Shown piece by piece: positions 28,086 to 39,423 of a stretch of 64,000 nucleotides of DNA. Numbering within the stretch: position 1 is the first letter of the stretch; every line of letters starts with the position of its first letter. The notes under the pieces are model-generated. The model did not search any database. It worked only from the letters and a program-made list of their open reading frames with translations, and was not told where the DNA came from. This stretch comes from Chrysomallon squamiferum (taxonomy: Eukaryota > Animalia > Mollusca): contig CM022670.1 of NCBI GenBank assembly GCA_012295275.1, forward strand, positions 16,740,001-16,804,000, written 5' to 3'. The position numbers and the translations under genes were made by a program.

Positions 28086-30516
28086 CCCTAGCTCGCCAGC
28101 AGTCAGTGTACCCCCGTCTCGCCCTTTGTCTGTCAATCTGATACTTTGTCCTTTTGTTGGACATTTTGTCTCTGTAAATACACGGAACACAATTAATCTC
28201 GAGTAGTGTGTGGACCTTGCACCTGCAAGACGTGTCAGCCATGTCCAAACCAGGGTTGTTTACACTGGCAAAACGCGATTTTTTTAATTTTCTGTTTGTT
28301 TTGTTTTTTTTGTTGTTGTTTTTTTTCGTTTTGGTGGAGGAAGTTTTGAGTTTGTTTGTTGTTGTTGGATTTTTAAAATATTTTTTAAATATTTTATTAT
28401 TATTATTATTTTATTTTATTTTATATTATTATATTATTTAATTTCAATAATATAGAAATAAAATAAAATAAAATAAAAATTATATTTTTTAATATTAACA
28501 TATAAGCCCTTCATTGTCAATTTTTTTTTATTATTTTTTAAAATAAATTAATAATTTATTAAATTATGAAAAATAAATATAACAAATTATATATATATAA
28601 AGAAGAACGACACAAGCCATTCAGTACGTTCATCTCGCTGTTTGTGGTACATTACCAAATGTAACGCTGAAAATAAACTTTGCATTATTAAAAAAACAAC
28701 AACAAAAAAAAAAAAAAACACAAAAAATAAATACATTCAATAAGAAAAAGCAGGATGTATACTTACAAATAACTCATTGAAAACATGGTTTTCTCAGTTA
28801 AGCATTATCTATGACTTAACAGTATCTAATAATAATCTAATAAGTTATCTTAGGTTTTATACAACATATATAGAATAACGTCAGATCATTATTTTATTTC
28901 AATGCATACGTACACACATACTACGCACGGTTATAAAAGATATACACAGCTTGTATATATCAATAAAAAAATTCATACATAATACACACATACGCATAAC
29001 TACAATATAAAAAACATGCATAAACACACACAAACATACATACTCACATACATCCACACACATACAAACATACACACATGCTTATACACATACATACATA
29101 CATACATACATACCTACCTATATTAGATGGATATTATATTTTGTTTTAAATATTTCATTATTTTTAAATAGTCTTTATTTCAATAACTAGTTCTCTATAT
29201 TTCTTTATCACAGATTTTTTTTTATATATTAAAATTATTTATTTACTTATTTTTATTTGCTATTTTTTATATGTGTGTTTAACATACATATGTAATTCAA
29301 ATATATAATTTATGGCTAATAACTAAAATCTACAGTTCACAGCATAAGATAAGTACAATTATATTAATGTTTAGATTTCCTTATTTATTTTATATTTATT
29401 ATCTTTAAGGAAATGTTCCTTTAATATTTCCACTCTACTACAAACTGAAACGTATGCTACTATGACAACAATAGATTATTTTGTGTGTGTACACAAATAC
29501 TTTTACCTACAGCGAAACTCACACTCTACTGAGATCCCCGGTTCTAAAAATAGCTCCTGCTTTTGTACCTAACGGTGACGTGGCATAATCTGATTGGTTT
29601 TCGTACTGAATTGATCTAAAGAGGCACGCGCCACTGTTTACCGAGCATAATCAAGTTAGCGCGGGTAACAATGGATCTTTGCCGCTAAGTCCCTCCTACT
29701 TGCAATATTCTATACAAAGCACACGCGACTTATCGGTTGGGCACACTTCGGCACGCGACTGGACTGAAGAAAGAAGCCAGCATATATATTGTTATACAGA
29801 TAAATATCAAAACTTAAAAATATGAAGAAACGCGAAAAGAAAGTGATCGAAGTTTGGGAAGATGGAAGTGGGATGCCGAGTGACTGGGCAGCGTCGGATG
29901 TGGGAATCAGCTGAAATCTGCGTTCTCGCTTTTTTCCTTTCTTTGTTCTCTGAGAACATGAACAGACGGACGGACACCTGGGTTCTGCAGTACATACAGG
30001 CGAGTTCGGGCCTCTGGGAGTCTAAAGTAATTTACTTTCTCAATCCTTCCATCTGCTCTGTATGCCGTCTGGTTTCAAGACCGCGCGCCATCATGACACA
30101 AAAGCTAAAACAAAAGTTAATCAAACTGCATCTGTCGTGTGAAAAAAAAACACGAAAAAAAAAAACGAGAGAAGACTTTTTGGCTCTCACTTTTATTAGC
30201 TGTGACGAAACTTGGATACATCTGTCTATGGAAAATTTAATTTCGCCTGATTAAATTTATTGAGCTGAAAGTAACAACATCTGCAGTTCAGCTGTTGTGT
30301 GGACGGACATTCGATGTTCAGATGGAATTACCGTTTTCAGGAATACCTTGCACGTGCAGTTGTTAATGGATGTTGTGTTTTCCAACAGAGGATTATAAAA
30401 TTATCATTACCGAATTTAAAAAAAAAAAAAAAAATTAAATTATTGTTATTATTTTTATATTTATTATTTAAAATTAAATACTTAATAAAATAAGAAAACA
30501 TTCGCTTCAAATTTAA

Positions 30517-30572
<56 letters not shown>

Positions 30573-31701
30573 GCCAGATTAATAAATAAATTCACATTTA
30601 AATATTATCTGAATTATTTATTAACAGATATAAATTAAATTAACCTGATAAAAAATAAAATTAAATTACTGTTAATAAATTATAATATTTTTTAAGAGTA
30701 ATTTTAAAAATTAAGTAAAAATATAAAAAAAAAAATAAGTAAGTTATCCAATATCAAAACGCTAATATTAATTTTCGAAGAGGTAATTTAAGAGTAAATT
30801 CATTCTCTCTCAGAATTATAAATAACGTTTAATTCTATTTCTTACATACAAATAAATATATTTTAATAAATAAATTATTTGTGTTAAATATCTTAAATTA
30901 ATATGATAAAATATTAAATTATTGTTAAATATGAATTACGAACATTACTATGATTTAAAAAAAAAAAAAAAATAAAATAAAATGAAACAAGAATAGTTTC
31001 CCACAATTTCCATAACAAAGTATTAATTATACTTTATTTACAAATTTCCTGTAAAACCTGAATCAGATTTTTTTTTTTTTTTTTTTTTATATAACATTTG
31101 AAATTAACACTTTCATTGCTATTAATTTGTTTTTAAATTTTAGCATAAAATAATAAAATCAATAAATATATGATAAAATAAATTCTTGAAAGAAAAAAAA
31201 ACAACAACAACAAATAACAAGAAAAAAAAAAAAAAAAAGAAATATCAATTCATTTTAATGTCTGGTTTCTTCTATTTTTAGCAACAACTCATAGAGGGCA
31301 TTATTATCTTTTTCTTTAATAGAAATTACTTCTTTTTTTTTTTTTTTTAAATGTACTTCATAAAAAAAAAAAAAAAAAGAAGAGATGTTGGATAACGCGC
31401 ACTTCTCAGCCGACAGCGCATGTTTTCTATCACATACCAGCAGACATTGGACCGCCGCCTTTCTGTCGTTCTTGCACAAGAATGCAGCCGACAACATTTA
31501 TTTTTGTTAATCTGCTCAGCAGCTCTGGCGCCAGCTATACTAAAGCCTAACATTCTGAGGAACACATGAATATATGCAAATTTGCAGGTGTGCGGGTGTG
31601 AAGTATCAACAGGCCGAAGGTGACGAATTTTAATGCAATTTATCAGCCAGGGGAGGGCGGCTCCTTTGATGTTTACCGTGATTGACAACCTGGTAGCGTT
31701 A

Positions 31702-31764
31702 GCGACCGCCTGGCTGGCGCCAGTTTGAATGGATGACGTCACAAGGCTGGCGCCTGTCTGTCGG
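31702..31764 (+). promoter_or_regulatory. Id1-type BMP-response enhancer (Bicore1-like conserved element)
   Basis: GCGACCGCC-TGGC-TGGCGCCAG-TT-TGAATGGA-TGACGTCAC-AAGGC-TGGCGCC-TGTCT-GTCGG. The motif order matches the vertebrate ID1 upstream BRE as I recall it (GCGACCGCC..GGCGCCAG..TGAATGGGTGACGTCAC..CTGGCGTC-N5-GTCTG). It lies ~550 bp upstream of the Id ATG. Confidence 0.85.
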
Positions 31765-32009
31765 CTCAGCTGCCGATGATTGTAGCTTGTTCTGCCAATT
31801 AATCACATGTCAAATCAGACTGAGAATGTCATGTGAAAGCTCTCAACCAGCTGGTCGGCTTATGGTGGGAACGAAAGATTACGAAAAGAAAAAAACTTTC
31901 GGATTTACTTACTGCACAGAAATTAGAAATATTCCAGATTTTCTGTGGTTTCTGCGATATAAATGACTGTATATGAAAAATATTCCAAATATAATATTAA
32001 GATCTGTAA

Positions 32010-32180
32010 CGACCCGGAAAGGAAAGGGGCGGAGCCTATTTTGACAACTGAGCTCGCTGTTTAACCATTGGTGTAATCCGATTAAGCCAAACTGCTTTTG
32101 CGTTCGGTATGTTCTCACAGTGGGCGGAGCTTAAAATGATAACATTACGAGGTTTACACAGCTGACGGTTTATAGCTTGC
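32010..32180 (+). promoter_or_regulatory. Putative proximal promoter of the Id gene
   Basis: ETS-like CCGGAAA at 32014, GC boxes GGGCGGAGC at 32027 and 32122, inverted CCAAT (ATTGG) at 32067, paired-homeodomain P3 site TAATCCGATTA at 32074-32084, Su(H)-type TTCTCACA at 32112 and TATA-like TTTATA at 32169; the ATG is at 32303. Confidence 0.65.
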
Positions 32181-32302
32181 TGTCGTCTGCTCCTAGCCAC
32201 ACACGGTCGAGAAGCTCAAAGCAGAAAGACGTACGTTTTTCACGCTCTTTTAAAAATAGTTCAGAATTCTCTTAGTTCGGATTTACTTAATCGATCTACA
32301 TC

Positions 32303-32623
32303 ATGAAGTCTGTGGTTGATTCATCTGTTCACACGACTGATTTGGGAATCAAATCTGATTCGAACTACAAGATTGCCAAAACGCGACTTGAAGAAAACAC
32401 AGAAATGACAGCTTGTTTCTCCAAACTGAAGGAACTTGTACCCACAGTGCCACAACATAAAAAAATATCAAAGGTGGCTTTACTTCAACATGTTATTGAC
32501 TATATCCTCGACCTGGAGACCACCCTGGATACACACCCAGCCATGCAAGTGATTCCACCTTTGGCTGCTGTGTGCAGAGCACCACTCTCAGAAAAATCGG
32601 ATATCAACACATTTCTTATGGAG
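32303..32623 (+). CDS. Id: Id / extramacrochaetae family HLH protein (inhibitor of DNA binding), coding exon 1, 107 codons
   Basis: The HLH EMTACFSKLKELVPTVPQHKKISKVALLQHVIDYILDLE is diagnostic of Id/Emc, and no basic region precedes it. The protein starts MK and has an RAPL D-box-like motif downstream. A phase-0 donor GAG|GTTAGC sits at 32623/32624, where composition switches to T-rich. Confidence 0.96.
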
Positions 32624-33161
32624 GTTAGCATAACGTTTTTATTTATTTACATTTTATTATTATCATTTGTTATATCTTCTAACTCATTATTGGGCTGAAG
32701 GCTTGTATCCTTCTTTTTTTTAGGTATTCCCATTTCTTTTTATTAGTAGAATAAATGAACGATAACGTCATTACTATTAATAGTAAATAAATAGAAAAAT
32801 CAGAAATTAATTTGATTTCCGTAAATACTTTAAATCATTTATACGAATTTATAATATGAAAAATAGTTTTTCTTTTAAAAACGTTTATTGATATTCTTTC
32901 GCCAAGTACATTAAAACAATTTTAAAAATAACACTATCACTATTCCAGTTTATTTTCCCCGTTTATTTCCAAACATTTTACCAATAAGAAATTTTAATTA
33001 GAAAATCAACACATTTTTTTTTTTTTTTTTTTTTTGTAACTTTGACCCAACACCATTCTGTGATTCTTAATTTCTCAGATATAAATGAGTAAATATGTGT
33101 TACCAACCACCCCTGTTAACAAAATTGATTTTAATGTGATTACTATTGCAAATTTTTCCAG
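32624..33161 (+). other. Intron 1 of Id (538 bp)
   Basis: GTTAGC donor, AT-rich interior, acceptor AAATTTTTCCAG ending at 33161, phase 0. Confidence 0.75.
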
Positions 33162-33221
33162 ACTTGTGACTCCCACTTCGACGATGTTGACGACAGAGAA
33201 ATGAGACCACCATCGAAATAG
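33162..33221 (+). CDS. Id: Id coding exon 2 (TCDSHFDDVDDREMRPPSK-stop); the exon continues as UTR to 33279
   Basis: It follows a TTTTTCCAG acceptor, is in frame with exon 1 and is GC-richer than its flanks. It encodes a short acidic 'DDR' tail like other Id C-termini and is followed by a donor ATG|GTAGGT at 33279/33280. Confidence 0.78.
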   Translation, partial: TCDSHFDDVDDREMRPPSK

Positions 33222-33279
33222 AGTAGCCACAAGGGCCTCGAAAAAAAAAGAAAAAAACAACAATGAAAGATTAAAAATG

Positions 33280-34003
33280 GTAGGTGTACTTAGCAATAAT
33301 AAAGCCTTTTGTGAAATGAATGACTTGGAAATAGATTACGGAACATCTGTGCTGTGATTCGGGGAAGCTGAATAGTTGAAATATTTGGCAGACATGACTC
33401 GAGTCTGCCTGGCGCCACCGAGTCTGGCCTGACTCTGTTGTGTTCAGATTGGAGAACAGGTGTTTAGAAAACACAGCGTGCTAGCACGCAGAGCGTGGGG
33501 AGTGATTGCAGGCAAAGATTACTTTACAGCGGGAATCACTTTCTAAATTTTACGTATATGCCGGAAAATGTCTCGTTAAATGATCGTTGTTAAGTACTTG
33601 TTGGTTAATGCTAATAGTTTCTGAGTTTGAAATTTAAAAAAAAAAAAAAAAAAAAAAGAAGATATTAACCATGCTGATAAGGAAGTAAATAAATAAAATG
33701 AATGAATGAGTGAATGAATGAATAAATAAAGAAACGCCACTGGACATATTTGATATTCATGTATTATTTTCGTTATGTATTCATATTAAATATGTACAGA
33801 TTAGTAAAGAACCTATTTAGAAGTAATTTTACCTGAAGTACATTCCTTCATCAACGTCTGCCAACAACTTCAGTCAATTCAAATTAACAAAACCGATCTT
33901 CTTCATTCGTTTAACAGATAGTTGTATTAATCATTCTAGTAAATGAGATTTATTTAATATTTGTTTATAATTATTAATTTGTGTTTAATTGTTGTTTTTT
34001 CAG
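33280..34003 (+). other. Intron 2 of Id, in the 3' UTR (724 bp)
   Basis: Donor GTAGGT and strong acceptor TTGTTGTTTTTTCAG|G at 34003. The layout (3 exons, last intron after the stop) is the same as vertebrate ID2/ID3/ID4. Confidence 0.7.
33410..33426 (+). promoter_or_regulatory. Intronic BMP-response element TGGCGCC-N5-GTCTG
   Basis: TGGCGCC ACCGA GTCTG is an exact match, with additional Smad boxes CAGAC at 33389 and GTCTG at 33403 immediately upstream. Confidence 0.75.
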
Positions 34004-34600
34004 GTGTCATTCCCGGGTTTCTGTGAGCGCAGGTTACTCTCTAGCAGACTTTGCGCCAACTGCTGAGATGAGACTAGCTCGGAACTTAGAGGTGACACGG
34101 TGCTTACAAGTGCTTGCATGGGTACACTCAGTTGAACAACTGAATGTGGCTTGGCCACAGACGTCTAGGATTCATTAAAAAATAAAAAATAAAAAGGACA
34201 AAAAAAAACAACAACAAACGAAAAGCTCAGCTGACTGTGACGTAAGACACTTTGCTCAGTTATCAAACCTACGACGAGATTGTGCTTCACAATTGAACAC
34301 TTTTGATCAGTTTCAGCTTCTAAGACGTTTCAGTTGTGACACTGATTTGATATGGAGAGATTACCGCTGTTGTTGAACAAAACAAAAAACAAACAAACAA
34401 ACACACAAACAAAAATGATTATTCCTAATGACATACAGCTGTGCTGTTTTTATTGTTTTCGTACGTTTTGTATTTTTGTAAAAAAGAAGTGTTATTATTT
34501 ATTCATTTTGTTATTTGTTATGTAAATAGCTAATCCATTTTAACTTCTTTTTTTTTTTTGAAAAAAAAGAAAGAAAGAAAAATAAAAAACAAAAATAAAA
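34004..34600 (+). other. Exon 3 / 3' UTR of Id (3' end uncertain)
   Basis: It follows the 34003 acceptor and contains U-rich TGTA motifs, a Pumilio-type TGTAAATA at 34521, and AATAAA near 34180-34193 and 34581-34600. Confidence 0.55.
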
Positions 34601-36486
34601 TTTAATGAAATGTTCTTGTTATTGTTGTGCAAATTTGTTAAATCACGAATGTTTTTCAGTCTATAGACATTTTTAATTTTATAGCCATAGTTATGGATAT
34701 TGTTATTTTTGAATACATCTTCTAATATATTTTGTTTTACAAACACGTATGCATTAATATAAACGCACGTGATACAAGGTCATACATACATAGGCAGGTC
34801 TGTTAGATAGTATAACTGTAAAATAATCTAAATAACTAATGTTTGTGAAATAGTGCTAAGTTTCAGTGGTAACAAAGAACAGACTGGAAATTTTTTGAAG
34901 AAACTTTTCAATACTCCTTCTTCTTCTTCTTCTTCTTCTTTTCTTATTATTAATAGATCTTAATCCTGTTTTCCAGTACTTCACATACAGTCGTGTTTTT
35001 TTTCTTTCTTGCTCTTGTGATGGTTATTCAGGTTTGATCACTAAGATGGAGAAGTTACAGTATTTGGACAGAATGGAAATACCTCTATAAACAGATCATT
35101 TTATTTCTTTATTTTTGTTTGTTTATTAAATACAGTTATTTATGAAGACAGATAATTCGGTAGACTGATCTTGCACACGTATGCAAAAAAAGAAATATTA
35201 TAGTAGTGCAATATTAATTTTTCTAAATATCAGTTGTAAAGAAAATAATAGTGAAAGATGGACTGACAAAACATTAATATTTTCAGACATGCAAAGTATA
35301 CCATCATTTTTTTTTTATATAATTCATATTATTTTAGATATCAGTTATTAATATTATCATGTTCTTAATGCTCAGTTACTTAATGTGAAATAGAAAACTG
35401 CTTTTTAACAGTTTGTAGGGATCTGAAACAGAACCAAATTAACCACTGCAGACCAGCTTGCTGGATCTTAGGAAATAAGTACGCATTCCACCTGTACCGC
35501 TTCCGAAACTGGAATTCTAGAGAAATTCCATCTCACACTATTAATTTTTATTATCATTTCATACATAAACCACGTTGTTTAATACTGAAAGCAAATCAAA
35601 ACTACGTCAATCGTGTATTTAAATCACAGTGCAATAAATAAATACCGTAGTAGGAAAGGCGACATGACTTTCAGAATAATTATCTAGCAAATCTGTATTA
35701 ACGAATTGATTTTCTTGTCTACGTTCTAGCTTTTATCTGAAAATATTTGCCTCGGAATAAAGAACTAAGCACAGATTAATGTAGCTTGATGAAACATTCT
35801 TGTATTACTGACCGCCGCACACACAATTATTCAGATGAATTATAATGACATTAATAACGCGATGGCGGACAATGCAACATGATCTCTTTATTCAGTTTGT
35901 TTTTGTTCTAAATGTGGCAGCATAACATCGGGTTTCTGCAGTATAATGAAGACTACAATAAGATAACATAACAATAACTGACTTGACATTTTATATATTA
36001 ATGAAAAATCACAAAAGAGATACATGTATTTCGAATCAAAGCAGAATCATGTATACTAATATAAACGTCAACGTACATCCACTGCTGTTACGAATTTCAT
36101 GTTAAATTACAAATTCAGAATATTACATGAGTACTCCTAGCCCTGGTATATAAGTATAAAAGTACCATCTAAATAGATGGACTATGTTATAGAACACTAT
36201 ACAGACTTAGGAATGATTGGATTATTGACAGACATTCACCACACCCGGTAAGGGAGCCCTAGACACATGTTCTAGAGGAATGGTAGTACAAGTAACTGAT
36301 TAACATCACAGATTATGTCGAAGATATGACGTGTGTGATTTCAGATTCCGTTCTTTTAATTTATACTGGTATGCGAGATAACACAATGCTGCTGATAGTA
36401 TGTTATATCATCCTTTCGTCTAGTTCAGAGAATTAATATATAAACAGTAGAAATTTACAGTAAAGTTTATTCAGTACACCCGTTTA

Positions 36487-36529
<43 letters not shown>

Positions 36530-37712
36530 TACTGATTAAACTTAAATAAGCTAATTTATGATAATTTTTGTGAATGGTTACCATTAAGTACAATTTTACT
36601 CTTCGTATCGTTCGTACACTTCAAAGTTGTAACACAAGACTTCATACTGGATATTCTTTGTTCGTGACACTTCATCTACAATTAACATCATTTTCTTAAA
36701 TACTAAACTTAACTGTACCAACAGACAGCTAGTAAATGCTTGGTACTACCACATTCAAGCTGCTATTAGTAGATCCACTACGGCCGTTACGCCATCGAAC
36801 ATCCGGGCTATTTGAAACAGATTTCCTTCATCACTGATTATCTTGCGGATTTCCCTTAGTAGAGTCACGCGCTGCTAAGTGGTCACGTGACTTCCTAACT
36901 AACTTGACAGTACTAGTTTCTTCTTAATTATCGAAATTGATATATAATTAGTCGTTGATTCACAAATTATATGTTATTAAGAAAACGCTGTTCGCTTCGT
37001 TTATTGAGAAACGAAGTGTATAGTTTATGCTTGGTATGCATACCAGTGTTTTTTTATATATATATAAACACATACATAAATACATACACCACATACATGC
37101 ATGCATATACTACATACATACAGTTAATTATTTTAAGGGTATTTACGAATAGTTATTACATTTAGTTCAGTTAACAATTACGTTATTACAACATGTGAAC
37201 TACGTAGTTCAACAATCATGACAGGATCTGCTAGAACATCAAACATATTTTGTACTGATCTGTTTTAAAATAGTTGTCTTTGAATATCAGTTCAACTGAA
37301 GACATAATTCACACGTATGTACGTACGCGCATGCACTCATACACACACACAGTATGTAATTATTTTGTTGATGATGATGGTAATAATTATTACAGTGACA
37401 ATGATAATTACACATAATCATCAGCAACAGCAGTATCACCATCATCACCATATTATTATTATTTCTAATCATTTATCTTAAACACCGAGAAAGAGAGAGA
37501 GTAAAGAATATTAATACAGAAATAATGATAGACATGCGACAGTTGATGTTTATTTTGTTTGAACAAGTGTAGTGACAATGTTGATGTTATCAGAGGATCA
37601 ATAAAAACATATCAAGAATGCAGTCATTCAAGAGTGATAAGCATTCCCGTGTATACATGGACTGATGAAATCCAACGTATTAGCATGAGCGCAACTTAAA
37701 ACAAACATTGGC

Positions 37713-38402
37713 AGTTCCAGGAAGAACACAACAGAATGATGAACATTCTGGAAACAACACAACAGAATGTTTATCGTTCTGGAAACAATACAACAGAATG
37801 ATGAACATTCTAAAAAGAACACAACAGAATGATGAACTTTCTAGAAAGAACACCACAGAATGATGAACATTCTAGAAAGAACACCACAGGATGATGAACA
37901 TTCTAAAAGAACACCACATAATGATGAACATTCTAAAAAGAACACAACAGAATGATGGATATTCTAGAAAGAACACAACAGAATGATGAACATTCTAAAA
38001 AGAACACAACAGTATGATGAACATTCTAAATAGAACACCACAGAATGATGAACATTCTAGAAAGAACACAACAGAATGATGAACATTCTAGAAAGAACAC
38101 AACAGAATGATGAACATTCTAAAAAGAACACAACAGAATGATGAACATTCTAGAAAGAACACCACAGAATGATGAACATTCTAAAAAGAACACAACAGAA
38201 TGATGAACATTCTAAAAAGAACACAAAAGAATGATGAACATTCTAGAAAGAACACCACAGAATGATGAACATTCTAGAAAGAACATCACATAATGATGAA
38301 CATTCTAAAAAGAACACAACAGAATGATGGACATTCCAAAAAGGAAACAACAGAATGGTAAATGTTTTAGAAAGAACACAACAGAATAACAAATATTCTA
38401 GA
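37713..38402. repeat. 31-bp minisatellite, about 22 copies, unit containing a heat-shock-element consensus
   Basis: The unit is ACAACAGAATGATGAACATTCTA(G/A)AAAGAAC; the centre is homogeneous and the edges are diverged. Confidence 0.95.
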
Positions 38403-38984
38403 AAAAAAAAAAAAAATTAGCATTAGGAAAGATTCTAGAATGGATGGACAACACACCCGCTTAATTACTTAATGAACTTATTTTAACAATCCCAAACCGA
38501 CATTTCAGTTCGACTAAAAGACAGTAAAATCAAGTATACTGTGTACATTTATCTATACAGACAATGACACCTGCGATAAAGCTGGTTTGATCATATTTAA
38601 ATATGTTTTATACTACAGATAAGTTCATGTACTAAGGTTTAAGGCCGCATGGGAAATTGGTCTGCGGGTTTTGCATCGTTAACGTGACTGTTCGCCAACA
38701 TGTCGACGTGCTTTAATTAAAACATTCATCACGGGAGGAAACACGTGAGACGTGGTTGCTCCCGATTCTCACGTCGTGCTTCTGTTGAAAAAACACTTCT
38801 GTATGTAATCATTTGTTGTGATCCTCAAGCTGGGAATGTTAGAAATGCTTAACCATGCAGAAGAATATTAATCTTGTAATGTATAATATACATATTTGTA
38901 TATTTACTCGATCAAAGATTTTTCATAATTCCATTCAAATTGGCTGACAGTAGACTTAAATATTTACTTTTGCCCATGTAATAT

Positions 38985-39040
<56 letters not shown>

Positions 39041-39385
39041 TGTCCCCGTGTGTGTATAGATATGAATGTGGATATAAATACCCAGTTTCGTCGTTAGGTG
39101 AGATAGCAAAACCAGTAGCAACAGTGCAGTTTTACCTGAGTTAGTTAAAGATGTATATTAATAAGTTGCTATTTCTATCTGTAACCATGTGGAAATGGAA
39201 TGTGTCTCTTTGAATATGTAAGCGTATGTGTCTGTAAGTGTGTGGGGTGTCAGTTTGTGTAAACGTTGTTTTTTTTTTTTTTTTTTTTTTAAATGTTTAT
39301 ATTTGTTTCAATGTTTATTTTTAGCGTGTGTGTGTGTTTTAGTATGTGCGTGTTGTGTGCGTGGGTGTGTGTATGTGTGCGTGTG

Positions 39386-39423
<38 letters not shown>

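Noticed and set aside
32303-32698. The 131-aa single-exon ORF as the complete Id protein
   Set aside because: A phase-0 GT donor at 32624 and the switch to T-rich sequence indicate that the last 24 codons are intronic; kept only as a possible retention isoform.
33061-33090. Alternative acceptor TTTCTCAG at 33078
   Set aside because: It gives Ile-stop immediately. The 33161 acceptor yields an Id-like acidic tail and is preferred, though minor use cannot be excluded.
37713-38402. Regular ~31-bp repeats as a CRISPR array
   Set aside because: The units are head-to-tail with no unique spacers, there are no cas genes, and the context is eukaryotic; it is a minisatellite.
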